The notes under the pieces: generated by a model
What the model saw: only the letters and a program-made list of their open reading frames with translations
Database searches by the model: none
Told to the model about the DNA's origin: nothing
Shown: positions 9,644 through 18,670 of the stretch, piece after piece
Position numbering within the stretch: position 1 is the first letter of the stretch
Layout of the letters: the number at the start of each line of letters is the position of its first letter
Program-made: the position numbers and the translations under genes
NCBI GenBank assembly: GCA_965248195.1
Contig: CBDFIQ010000002.1
Coordinates: 3,168,001 to 3,232,000, forward strand
DNA from: Longimicrobiales bacterium
Lineage (GTDB): Bacteria; Gemmatimonadota; Gemmatimonadetes; Longimicrobiales; Gaopeijiaceae
Length of the DNA: 64,000 bases
Reading direction: 5' to 3'

Positions 9644-9697
9644 AGGCGTCTGACGGGCTCCTGCTTGCGCCCACCACCCCACTCTCGGATGTTGACC
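9644..9697 (+). repeat. Dispersed ~50-bp repeat copy 3, putative promoter of kinase stub (TTGCGC 9665-9670, GATGTT 9688-9693)
   Basis: aggcgtctgacgggctcctgcttgcgcccaccaccccactctcggatgttgacc, 24 bp upstream of the kinase ATG. Confidence 0.75.
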
Positions 9698-9721
9698 TCG
9701 GTCTGATCCCGGAGTGCGCCC

Positions 9722-9955
9722 ATGTCCGATCCAGCCATCCGCCTCAACGTCGCCCTGAAAGGCCGCTACGCCATCGAGCGTGAGCTAGGCGAGGGCGGCA
9801 TGGCGACGGTCTACTTGGCCGACGACCTCAAGCACGAGCGCAAGGTCGCGCTGAAGGTGCTCAAGCCCGAACTCGCCGCCGTGGTGGGTGCCGAACGGTT
9901 CCTGGCCGAGATCAAGACTGACCGGCGTGTGTCCTCTCAAGAGTGGGGAATCTAA
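9722..9955 (+). pseudogene. Truncated Hanks-type Ser/Thr protein kinase (subdomains I-III only)
   Basis: [19 protein letters not shown]...VALKVL...ERFLAEIKT, then similarity is lost at ~9919. No HRD or DFG motif. Confidence 0.9.
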
Positions 9956-9956
9956 G

Positions 9957-11108
9957 ATGCGAGTTCTTCCGGTCCTCGCCACCGCTTTGGCGGTCACCGC
10001 ACTCGGTTGCCAATTCACCGAGGGCGACTCGAACGCGCAGCGGGGCGAGAACATCCCCCGGTTCGAGGTCGACCCCCTTTGGCCGAATCAGCTCCCCAAT
10101 CAGTGGATCATCGGCGCGGTCGCGGGCGTGGCGGTCGACTCGCGTGACCACGTGTGGATCGTCCACCGCCCTTCGACGCTGCAGCCGAATGAGCTCAGGT
10201 CCGAGTGGGTCGCGGCCCCACCGGTGCTCGAATTCGATCCGACAGGAAACGTGGTCGCCGCGTGGGGCGGTACAGGGCCGCAATACGAGTGGCCCGAGCT
10301 CGAGCACGGCATCTACGTCGATGCCCGCGACAACGTATGGCTAGGCGGAGGTGGCGAGAGCGACGCACAGGTCCTGAAGTTCTCCAAGCAGGGTGAATTC
10401 CTTATGCAGATCGGGCGTCAAGGGGAAAACGGTGGCAGTAACGAGACGGCCAACCTCGGCGGTGCCGCGAACATGGTCGTCGACGAAGAGGCCGGTGAGC
10501 TGTACGTAGCCGACGGATACGTGAACCATCGCGTAATCGTATTCGACGCTGAGACGGGAGCCTACAAGCGGCACTGGGGGGCGTACGGGGGCCGGCCTGA
10601 CGACGGATACTTCGAGCGGTTGGGCGAGGATCTCCCGCCCCCCTTCAGCGGCGCCGTCCAGCACGAGAACGCGCCGAGCCAGTACGACCCGGACGGTCCG
10701 CCGCCGCCCCAGTTCCGGATCGTGCACGCCGTGCGCATCGCGAACGACGGTCTCGTGTACGTCGCCGACCGGACAAACGACCGCCTCCAGGTCTTCCGCA
10801 AAGACGGCACATTCGTCGATGAGGTCTTCGTCGCCAAGAACACACTCGGCAGTGGCTCGGCTTGGGACGTCGGCTTTTCGGTCGATCCGGGGCAGACCTA
10901 CCTGTTCGTTCCCGACGGGACCAACCAGCGGATTCGAATTCTGCTCAGAGAGTCACTCGAGGTCGTCAGCACGTTCGGCGCCGCGGGCCGCTGGGCCGGG
11001 CAGTTCTACGGAGCGCACAACCTTGCCGTCGACTCCGAGGGTAGCCTGTTCATCGGGGAGACCTACGAAGGGAAACGGGTTCAGAAGTTCGTGGACGTGA
11101 CACGGTAG
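9957..11108 (+). CDS. NHL-repeat beta-propeller lipoprotein (peptidyl-alpha-hydroxyglycine lyase-like)
   Basis: Start re-called at ATG 9957 (lipobox ALGC). Motifs EHGIYVD, YVADGYVNHRVIVFD, VYVADRTNDRLQVF and RVQKF. Confidence 0.8.
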   Translation: MRVLPVLATALAVTALGCQFTEGDSNAQRGENIPRFEVDPLWPNQLPNQWIIGAVAGVAVDSRDHVWIVHRPSTLQPNELRSEWVAAPPVLEFDPTGNVVAAWGGTGPQYEWPELEHGIYVDARDNVWLGGGGESDAQVLKFSKQGEFLMQIGRQGENGGSNETANLGGAANMVVDEEAGELYVADGYVNHRVIVFDAETGAYKRHWGAYGGRPDDGYFERLGEDLPPPFSGAVQHENAPSQYDPDGPPPPQFRIVHAVRIANDGLVYVADRTNDRLQVFRKDGTFVDEVFVAKNTLGSGSAWDVGFSVDPGQTYLFVPDGTNQRIRILLRESLEVVSTFGAAGRWAGQFYGAHNLAVDSEGSLFIGETYEGKRVQKFVDVTR

Positions 11109-11115
11109 TCGTGCG

Positions 11116-11232
11116 TTGATCCGCCAGATCCCCTGGCTTCGCGTCTTCGTGGAAGGCGTGGTCATCGTCGCGTTGGGGCTGTCGTTGGTGTTGCTCTGGA
11201 GGCGCATGGCGAGGCGCGCTGTCCGCCCGTAG
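11116..11232 (+). pseudogene. 38-aa single-TM ORF, probable N-terminal gene stub (MIRQIPWLRVFVEGVVIVALG...)
   Basis: TTG start, hydrophobic stretch and basic tail. It is below the ORF-track size cutoff. Confidence 0.4.
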
Positions 11233-11286
11233 CTTAGACGTGGGTGGCTACGGGCGGGCCGCCTGGAGTCGTGCCGAGGAGGCTGC

Positions 11287-12468
11287 ATGAAACGCAAGCC
11301 GCTGCTCGTACCTTTCTTTCTAAGTCTGCTGCCGTGTGCGCTGTCAGGTCAGATTGGCGCGAGACTATACCAGGAAGCCTGTGACGCCGGAGACCTGACA
11401 ACCTGCACCGTCCTTGGCCTCATGTACCAAACGGGCCAAGGTGTCGCTGCCGACCCGGCACGTGCCGCCACGCTCTACCAGCGAGCCTGCGACGGCGGAG
11501 AGATGGAGGGCTGCGCCAACCTCGGGCTCATGTATTTCAACGGAGCAGGGGTCACTCAGGACCTCGCACGTGCCGTCAGCCTCTTCCAGCAAGGCTGCGA
11601 CGGCGGAGTGATGAGGGACTGCGCCAACCTCGGGGCCATGTATGCGACTGGCGATGGTGTCACTCAGGACATCGCACGTGCCCTCGGCCTTTACCGGCAA
11701 GCCTGCGACGGCGGGGATATGATGGGCTGCGCCAACCTCGGGCTCATGTATGAGACTGGTGATAGCGTCACGCAGGACCCAGCCCGCGCCGTCAGCCTCT
11801 ACGAGCAAGACTGCGACGGCGGAATCATGCAGGGCTGCAACAACCTCGGGGCCATGTATCGGGATGGCGCAGGGGTCAGCCAGGACCTCGCCCACGCCGC
11901 CAGCTTCTTCCAGCAAGCCTGCGATGGCGGATATCTGCGGGGCTGCACCAACCTCGGGTTCATGTATGCCACTGGCGATGGCGTCACCCAGGACCTAGCG
12001 CGTGCCCTCAGCCTCTTGAACCAAGCCTGTGACGGCGGAGGGATGATGGGCTGCACCAACCTCGGGTTCGCGTACGAGACGGGCCAGGGCGTGACTCAGG
12101 ACCTCACCCGAGCGGCGAGCCTCTACCAGCAAGCCTGCGACGGCGCAATAGTGCAGAGCTGCCACCGCCTCGGGGTCATGTACGTGAATGGCGCAGGCGT
12201 CACTCAGGACTTCCCCCGCGCCGTGGCCCTCTATCAGCAAGCCTGCGACGGCGGGTTAGTGGAGGCGTGCCAAGAGGGAGTTCCACAAGACCTCGCACCC
12301 GCCGCCAGCCTCTACCTGCAAGCCTGTGACGGCGGAGAGATGCAGGGCTGTTTCGACCTTGCTGAGAGCTACCGAACGGGAGACGGAGCTCCACAGAATC
12401 TCGCCCGCGCCGTCATCCTCTACCAACGAGCTTGCGCGGGCGGATTCAAAGTAGTCGGCTACTGTTGA
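11287..12468 (+). CDS. Secreted Sel1-like repeat protein (Cys-rich, Hcp-like)
   Basis: About 10.5 repeats of 36 aa (ARAxxLYQQACDGGxMxGCxNLGxMYxxGxGVTQD) after a signal peptide. Confidence 0.92.
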   Translation: MKRKPLLVPFFLSLLPCALSGQIGARLYQEACDAGDLTTCTVLGLMYQTGQGVAADPARAATLYQRACDGGEMEGCANLGLMYFNGAGVTQDLARAVSLFQQGCDGGVMRDCANLGAMYATGDGVTQDIARALGLYRQACDGGDMMGCANLGLMYETGDSVTQDPARAVSLYEQDCDGGIMQGCNNLGAMYRDGAGVSQDLAHAASFFQQACDGGYLRGCTNLGFMYATGDGVTQDLARALSLLNQACDGGGMMGCTNLGFAYETGQGVTQDLTRAASLYQQACDGAIVQSCHRLGVMYVNGAGVTQDFPRAVALYQQACDGGLVEACQEGVPQDLAPAASLYLQACDGGEMQGCFDLAESYRTGDGAPQNLARAVILYQRACAGGFKVVGYC

Positions 12469-12492
12469 TCAAACAGCGAGGATTCTAAGAGG

Positions 12493-12525
12493 CGGCCACC
12501 CCCATCGTTCGGAGGTGGCCGTTTT
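12493..12525 (+). terminator. Rho-independent terminator after the Sel1 gene
   Basis: cggccacccc-catcgttcg-gaggtggccg followed by tttt. Confidence 0.7.
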
Positions 12526-12637
12526 GTCGTTCGCTTGCGGGAGGCGAAGCCGAATTGAGATGAAGACCTGGAACCCCGCCCAGCATTGTCGTGTTGCTCG
12601 GAAGGGAGTGACGACGGTCCGGGTATAGGAACACGCG

Positions 12638-13057
12638 ATGCTGTCCAATACGAATCACCGTAGATCCACTCTGGCGCTGGAGTTGGTGGCACTCCTCCTT
12701 CTGGTGGCCTGCTCGGACCCCTTTCAGGTCTCCGACTCGCTGGGCGAGTGGGGAGGGGAGGGGGTGGCGGCCATGATCGAGACCGGCTCCGCTAGCTTCG
12801 AGTTCGACTGCGCTCACGCTTCGATTCCCGGAGGACTCTCCTTCCACGAGGATGGATCGTTCGAGGTCTCGGGGATCTGGGTGCCCGAGGGTGGACCGCT
12901 CAGCAACGATCCTCGGGACGAGCTTGAGGCCATCTTCCGCGGGAGGATCGGTGGTGCGTCGATGAGCCTGGAAGTGGACATCATCCCGAGAGACGTGACG
13001 GCGGGTCCGTACCAGCTTCGGCGCGGTCAGAGCCCCATCTTACGCAAGTGCCTCTGA
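12638..13057 (+). CDS. Hypothetical lipoprotein
   Basis: Lipobox LVAC, with EWGGE and FEFDCAHA motifs and a C-terminal KCL. Confidence 0.6.
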   Translation: MLSNTNHRRSTLALELVALLLLVACSDPFQVSDSLGEWGGEGVAAMIETGSASFEFDCAHASIPGGLSFHEDGSFEVSGIWVPEGGPLSNDPRDELEAIFRGRIGGASMSLEVDIIPRDVTAGPYQLRRGQSPILRKCL

Positions 13058-13313
13058 GTTCGAGGTCGAGACAGACAAGCCTGGGGAGCCGCCGTTTTCG
13101 TTCTGGAGTGAGACTGATTCCTATCCTTTCTTCTACTGGGGCGGGTGGGTGCGGACCGACGACCCCCTTCTTCCTAGTCAGGACCGCTCCCCTTTTGTAT
13201 CCTTGTGTCCCGGCAAATGTGCCGATTCGGGCGCGATCCCGAGAGGGAGCGACCGGTCCACACGGGGATCTGAGCCCTTTCCCTGATGTACGCGAGCCAA
13301 GAACACGCCCAAG

Positions 13314-14264
13314 ATGCCTGATAGGTCGTTTCCACCTGATGAATGGGCACTGATTCTCGGTGGGTCGAGCGGGTTCGGACTGGCTAGCGCTCATAAGCTC
13401 TCCGAGCACGGACTCGACATCTGTGTGGTCCATCGGGACCGACGAGGCGCAATGAGCCGTATCGAGCCGGAGTTCGATCGTATCCGGGATCGGGGCGTAT
13501 CCCTCGTGACGTTCAACAAGGACGCGCTGAACGTCGAAGTGCGTTCGGAGATCCTGGACGGGTTGGCGGAGGCATTGGGCGCGGGAGGGAAGGTCCGCGT
13601 GGTTCTTCATTCCATCGCCTTCGGAAACCTCAAGCTGATCGGACCCGAGGCGCCCGTGGACGACACCGCCCGGCAGCGGCTCGCCGAGGCACTGGGCATC
13701 GATGCGGCTGCGTTGGGCGAGGCCGCGGACCAACTCTTCGCCGAGGGCTGTGACGGGGTTCAGGGCCTGACCACAGCCCCCGAGTATTCGGCTGTCTCGT
13801 TCCTGGACGAGGGGGACCTGGCCAGGACGATCCACTCGATGGGGACCAGCCTTCTCGGTTGGACTCAGGCGCTCCGGGAGCGAGCTCTGTTCGCGTCCGA
13901 CGCGAGGGTTCTGGGCCTGACCAGCGAAGGAAATGCGGTTGCGTGGAAGGGGTACGCCGGCGTTGCGGCGGCCAAGGTCGCGCTCGAGTCGGTATCGCGT
14001 GCGATCGCCGTCGAGATGGCCCCCTTCGGCATTCGGTCGAACATCGTGCAGGCGGGGGTCACCGACACGCCCGCCTTGCGCGTGATCCCTGGGAGTGACC
14101 ATCTCAAGGCCCAGGCGCGCATACGGAACCCGTTTGGACGCCTCACCACGCCGGAGGACGTCGCGGACGCCATCTACCTGCTGTCCCTTCCCGAGTCGGC
14201 GTGGATCAACGGAGCGGTCATCCGAGTGGATGGAGGAGAACGCATCTCCGGAGCGTCCCGGTGA
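13314..14264 (+). CDS. Enoyl-ACP reductase (SDR, FabI/FabL-like)
   Basis: GGSSGFG nucleotide-binding motif, Y-x6-K (YAGVAAAK), TDTPAL and RLTTPEDVA. First gene of the FAS cluster. Confidence 0.8.
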   Translation: MPDRSFPPDEWALILGGSSGFGLASAHKLSEHGLDICVVHRDRRGAMSRIEPEFDRIRDRGVSLVTFNKDALNVEVRSEILDGLAEALGAGGKVRVVLHSIAFGNLKLIGPEAPVDDTARQRLAEALGIDAAALGEAADQLFAEGCDGVQGLTTAPEYSAVSFLDEGDLARTIHSMGTSLLGWTQALRERALFASDARVLGLTSEGNAVAWKGYAGVAAAKVALESVSRAIAVEMAPFGIRSNIVQAGVTDTPALRVIPGSDHLKAQARIRNPFGRLTTPEDVADAIYLLSLPESAWINGAVIRVDGGERISGASR

Positions 14265-15256
14265 CCCTCTACCTGCACGGCCTCGGCCACTTCCATCCCG
14301 AGAACGAGATCACGAATCGGTTTCTCGAGGAGTTGGACATCGGCACGGACGAACAGTGGATCATGGAGCGTGTCGGTATCCGTAGCCGCCGCACCGTGCT
14401 CTCTCTCGACTACATCCGCGACACCCGAAATCGGGATCCAAGCCAGGCCATGGAGGCTGCTTTGTACACGCACGCGGATACGGGCGTGCTCGCCACCGAG
14501 ATGGCCCTGGAGCGGGCGGGCATCGCCAAGGACGCGATCGGGATGGTGATCGCCGGGTCCAGCCGACCAGGACTTTCGTCGCCCGCCGACGCATGTCACA
14601 TCGCTGCTGCCCTCGGTGTGGAGGCGCCGGCCCTCGACATCAATTCGGCTTGTACCAGCATGTGGGTCGCGCTGTACATGCTCTCAAACATGCGCTCGGA
14701 AAGCCTGCCGGACTACATACTCGTCGTGGCTCCGGAAAGCCTCACGACCACGGTGGATTACGAGGACCGCTCCGCCTCGGTGTTGTGGGGCGACTGCACG
14801 GCGGCGGCAATCGTTTCCACCCGCGTGCCGTCCCGCATTCAGATACTCGATAACACCGTCGAGTCCAACCCAGCGGGCTACGAAAAGGTGATGGTGCCTC
14901 TCTTCGGGCACTTCGACCAAGAGGGACGCACTGTGCAGATGTTCGCCATCAAGAAGACCGTGCGATGCCTCCGGAAGATCCAGAAGACCTTCCCGTCTCC
15001 CGGACGGAGGCTGAACTTCGTGGGGCATCAGGCGAACCTTCGCATGCTGGAATCCGTCTGCCAGCAATGTGACATCGATGACGAACGTCACCACACCAAC
15101 GTGGTCGAATACGGAAACGGGGGCGCCGCCGGCGCGCCTTCGGTGCTGTCGATGGACTGGGACCGCTGGACGGATCAGGACGACGTGGCCGTTATTGGCG
15201 TCGGTTCGGGACTGACGTGGGCGAGTTATGTTCTCCGCTTTGGAGAACAGCCGTGA
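14261..15256 (+). CDS. fabH: 3-oxoacyl-ACP synthase III (FabH-like)
   Basis: GTG start overlaps the upstream TGA. Cys-His-Asn triad: INSACTS, GHQAN, YGNGG. Confidence 0.85.
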   Translation: MTLYLHGLGHFHPENEITNRFLEELDIGTDEQWIMERVGIRSRRTVLSLDYIRDTRNRDPSQAMEAALYTHADTGVLATEMALERAGIAKDAIGMVIAGSSRPGLSSPADACHIAAALGVEAPALDINSACTSMWVALYMLSNMRSESLPDYILVVAPESLTTTVDYEDRSASVLWGDCTAAAIVSTRVPSRIQILDNTVESNPAGYEKVMVPLFGHFDQEGRTVQMFAIKKTVRCLRKIQKTFPSPGRRLNFVGHQANLRMLESVCQQCDIDDERHHTNVVEYGNGGAAGAPSVLSMDWDRWTDQDDVAVIGVGSGLTWASYVLRFGEQP

Positions 15257-15269
15257 CGGGAGGTCAGCC

Positions 15270-15860
15270 GTGACGTACGAGGAGTTTCAGGCGCGTTCGC
15301 ACTTCTCCGAAGAGGAGGTCCTGGCGATCGCCCACGGGCGCCTCATCGATGATGCCCCGCCCGGGTGTAAGGCCCGCCTGCCTCTGCCTCCGATGTTGAT
15401 GGTCGATCGCATCGAACACGTCTCCCGCAAGGGGAACCGGGGACGGATGATCGCGGAGCGTGACGTGCGGCTCGATGACTGGTTCTTCCAGTGCCATTTC
15501 TTGGGGGATCCGGTTCAGCCGGGTTGCCTCGGCGTGGATGGCGTGTGGCAGCTGCTTGGACTGTACTGCTCCTGGAACGGGGCCTTGGGCAGCGGACGTG
15601 CTTTGGGTTGTGCGGAGGTCGAATTCTCAGGCCAGATCCGGCCGCACGATAGGGTCGTACGATACGAGATCGACATCGTTCGGTACCAGGACCTACCAAA
15701 ATCCGGTTCGGCGATTACGATCGGAGATGCACAGGTTCTCGTGGATGGTGAGGTGATCTACGACATCAAGCGTGCCAAGGTCGGCGTATTTCGGGACATC
15801 GACTACGCGGATTATCCGTGGCCCAGCGAGAATTCGCGCGGTGGAAGGATGGGAGAGTGA
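15270..15860 (+). CDS. fabA: 3-hydroxydecanoyl-ACP dehydratase/isomerase (FabA-type)
   Basis: LPLPPMLMVDRI and WFFQCHFLGDPVQPGCLGVDG (His/Asp dyad typical of FabA), plus GRALG. RBS GGGAGG. Confidence 0.88.
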   Translation: MTYEEFQARSHFSEEEVLAIAHGRLIDDAPPGCKARLPLPPMLMVDRIEHVSRKGNRGRMIAERDVRLDDWFFQCHFLGDPVQPGCLGVDGVWQLLGLYCSWNGALGSGRALGCAEVEFSGQIRPHDRVVRYEIDIVRYQDLPKSGSAITIGDAQVLVDGEVIYDIKRAKVGVFRDIDYADYPWPSENSRGGRMGE

Positions 15861-16333
15861 TGGCGGTCGAGGTCAGCTCCGCTCGGCTGAGCTCCGAGGA
15901 GGTTCTGGAGCTCCTTCCCCAACAAGACCCCTTCCGGTTCGTCGACGAGATCCTCGAGGTGGACGAGGACCATATCGTGGCCCGCTACCGCTTCCGCCCG
16001 GACGCCGACTTCTACCGAGGGCACTTTCCGGGTGACCCGATCACACCCGGTGTGATTCTGCTCGAGTCTCTGGCTCAGGTTGGGGTTGTGGCCCTGGGTA
16101 TCTACATTTACGCCCTCCAGTATGGGCGTGAAGGGGTGAAGAAGAGGATCGCCCTCTTCACCGATGCGAACATCGATTTTTCCGGGATCGTGAAGCCCAG
16201 TGAGAGGGTCACGATAACTGCCAACAAGATCTTCTTCCGGCGCGGCAAGCTTCGGTCCGAAGCCTCCATGTCCCTCGACGATGGCACGGTGGTGTGCGCC
16301 GGGACGATTTCGGGCCTCGGGGTAGAGCGATGA
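15860..16333 (+). CDS. fabZ: 3-hydroxyacyl-ACP dehydratase (FabZ-type)
   Basis: LLPQQDPFRFVD and GHFPGDPITPGVILLESLAQ (His/Glu dyad). Confidence 0.85.
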   Translation: MAVEVSSARLSSEEVLELLPQQDPFRFVDEILEVDEDHIVARYRFRPDADFYRGHFPGDPITPGVILLESLAQVGVVALGIYIYALQYGREGVKKRIALFTDANIDFSGIVKPSERVTITANKIFFRRGKLRSEASMSLDDGTVVCAGTISGLGVER

Positions 16334-17652
16334 GTAGTGATGCAATGACGGATGGGTCCCCGGGCCGTGGGAATTCCACCAACAGGGTCGTCGTCACGGG
16401 TTTGGGTGTGGTGGCGCCCAATGGGTGCGGTCTGGCAACCTACACAGAGGCGCTGCGGGGGGGCGTATCCGGAATCCGACACATCCCGCTCCTCGAGGAA
16501 CTGAAGTTCGCTTGCACTGTAGGGGGGATCCCAGAGGGGATCGACGAGATGTCGGGGGCGTACTTTCAGCCCGACGAGCTGCTCGCGATGAACTCGAGCC
16601 ATCGCTTTGGTTGCATCGCGGCGATCGACGCCTGGACGGATGCGGGTCTAGAAAGACCCGATCCGGCTGACGACCATGTGTATTGGGAGGCCGGCGCCGT
16701 ATTCGGGACGGGAATCGGAGGGCTGGATACCGCCGGCGAAAAGCTCATTCCCTTCGTGGACGCTGGGCGCGTCCGGCGTCTGGGCAGCACGATTGTCGAA
16801 CAGGTGATGGGCAGCGGGGTCTCCGCCCGGGTGGCCGGCCTCCTCTCCCTCGGCAATCAGGTGACGGCCAACTCGAGCGCCTGCAGCACGGGAACCGAGG
16901 CGATCATCGAGGGCTGCCAGCGCATCCGTGCGGGGTTGGCCAAACGTATGCTTTGTGGCGGCACCGAGGGCTCCAGCCACTATGCTTGGGGCGGGTTCGA
17001 TTCGATGCGGGTGCTCTGCCGGTCCCATAACGATGAGCCGGAGAAGGCTTCGCGGCCGATGAGTGCCTCCGCGGGTGGTTTCGTTCCAGGCAGCGGAGCC
17101 GCAATACTGCACCTCGAAAGCCTGGAAAGTGCACAGGGACGTGGCGCACGCATCTACGCCGAAATCCTCGGCGGCGCCATAAACTGCGGCGGACACCGGC
17201 GTGGGGGCAGCATGACGGCTCCGAACGCGGAAGGGGTAGAGCGATGCATCCGCGCCGCGGTGGCTGATGCTGCGATCGATCCGGACGAGATCGACGCGAT
17301 CAGCGGTCATCTGACCGCGACCGGAGCCGATCCGAAGGAGGTTGTGTCCTGGGCCAAGGCCCTGGAGCGTTCCCCGGAGGCGTTCCCGGCGATCACGTCC
17401 ACGAAGTCGATGATCGGGCACGCCTTGGGCGCTGCCGGCGCGCTCGAGTCCGTCGCTTGCGTCCTGATGCTTCACGAGCGGTTTGTGCATCCTTCGATCA
17501 ACTGTGAGGACGTGCATCCGGAGATCGAGAAATATGCCGCCTCGATTCCCCATGTGGTGCGGGAAATGCCCGAGTTGAATACGATGATCAAAGCCGGCTT
17601 CGGCTTTGGAGATGTGAATGCCTGTGCGATCTTCCAAAGGTGGGCCGACTAA
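16330..17652 (+). CDS. Beta-ketoacyl-ACP synthase (FabB/FabF family)
   Basis: RVVVTGLG, SSACSTG (Cys), GHLTAT (His), KSMIGH (His) and GFGFG. Confidence 0.88.
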   Translation: MSSDAMTDGSPGRGNSTNRVVVTGLGVVAPNGCGLATYTEALRGGVSGIRHIPLLEELKFACTVGGIPEGIDEMSGAYFQPDELLAMNSSHRFGCIAAIDAWTDAGLERPDPADDHVYWEAGAVFGTGIGGLDTAGEKLIPFVDAGRVRRLGSTIVEQVMGSGVSARVAGLLSLGNQVTANSSACSTGTEAIIEGCQRIRAGLAKRMLCGGTEGSSHYAWGGFDSMRVLCRSHNDEPEKASRPMSASAGGFVPGSGAAILHLESLESAQGRGARIYAEILGGAINCGGHRRGGSMTAPNAEGVERCIRAAVADAAIDPDEIDAISGHLTATGADPKEVVSWAKALERSPEAFPAITSTKSMIGHALGAAGALESVACVLMLHERFVHPSINCEDVHPEIEKYAASIPHVVREMPELNTMIKAGFGFGDVNACAIFQRWAD

Positions 17653-17665
17653 AAAGGGAGTACCC

Positions 17666-17914
17666 ATGACGAGAGACGAGATCTTCGCGAAGGTGATCGA
17701 GATCGTGAAGCCCTACGTGAAGAACGGAGACGCCCTCGCGGCTGTCGCTGACGACACCAACATCCTCGAGGATCTGAAGGTGAACTCGGCCCGGCTCGTG
17801 GACATCATCCTGAATTTCGAGGATGAGTTCGACATCGAGGTCGAGGACGAGGACGCGGATGCGGTGAACACGGTTGGGGACGCCGTGGCGCTCATCCAGG
17901 AGAAGCTTCCCTGA
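17666..17914 (+). CDS. Acyl carrier protein (non-canonical NS attachment motif)
   Basis: 82 aa acidic protein: EDLKVNSARLVDIILNFEDEFDIEV...TVGDA. RBS AGGGAG. Confidence 0.88.
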   Translation: MTRDEIFAKVIEIVKPYVKNGDALAAVADDTNILEDLKVNSARLVDIILNFEDEFDIEVEDEDADAVNTVGDAVALIQEKLP

Positions 17915-17923
17915 GGTTCGCTT

Positions 17924-18670
17924 TTGACACGGCTTCCCTTTAGGGCCCGGTCTGCCCACGCGTTCCAGCGCGAAGTGGGTCGCCTCGCCGCCTTCTTCTG
18001 GGTCCTTCCGATCGCGTTCATCCTGCGCGTCCTGATGGGGTACCGCATCAGGAACGTGGCGGGGGTTCGGACTCGATACCGCGCCCTGGTGAAGCAGAGC
18101 GGCCGCCCCCTTCTGATCTGCCCCAACCACCTCACCATGATGGATTCCGCAGTCATCGCCTGGGCCTTGGGTGGCAGTTGGTGGTACCTGTTCCACTACT
18201 CTCGGATACCCTGGAACCTCCCGGAGTACAATAATTACGCGTCGCAGTGGCCCACCCGCGTCGGGGCCTGGCTCACCAAATGTATTCCGGTCATCCGGGG
18301 AGGACGCCGAGAGGACGTCTCGAGGGTGATCAAGCGCGTACAGCACCTTCTCGCGAGAGGCGAGACGGCTCTGATCTTCCCGGAAGCCCGGCGCAGTCGG
18401 AGTGGACGGGTGGAGCCCGACTCCGTAGCGCACGCGGTGGGTCGGATCCTCACTTCGGTCCCGGGATGCCAGCCGCTCTGTGTGTACCTGCGTGGCGACC
18501 GGCAGCACACTTGGTCGACCGTACCCGCTCGTGGCGACTCCTTCTACATCGACTTCGAGCTCGTCGAGCCGAAGTCGGACCATTCGGGAATGCGACGCTC
18601 CAGGGATTTCTCTCAGCAGATCGTGGATCGACTCGTCGGCATGGAGGAGGAATACTTTGCTCGTCGGTAA
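17924..18670 (+). CDS. Lysophospholipid acyltransferase (PlsC family)
   Basis: HX4D motif (NHLTMMD) and LIFPEA. Confidence 0.85.
   Translation: MTRLPFRARSAHAFQREVGRLAAFFWVLPIAFILRVLMGYRIRNVAGVRTRYRALVKQSGRPLLICPNHLTMMDSAVIAWALGGSWWYLFHYSRIPWNLPEYNNYASQWPTRVGAWLTKCIPVIRGGRREDVSRVIKRVQHLLARGETALIFPEARRSRSGRVEPDSVAHAVGRILTSVPGCQPLCVYLRGDRQHTWSTVPARGDSFYIDFELVEPKSDHSGMRRSRDFSQQIVDRLVGMEEEYFARR

Noticed and set aside
11287..12468. Diversity-generating retroelement template/variable repeats
   Set aside because: No reverse transcriptase is in the window, and the repeat differences do not look adenine-specific.
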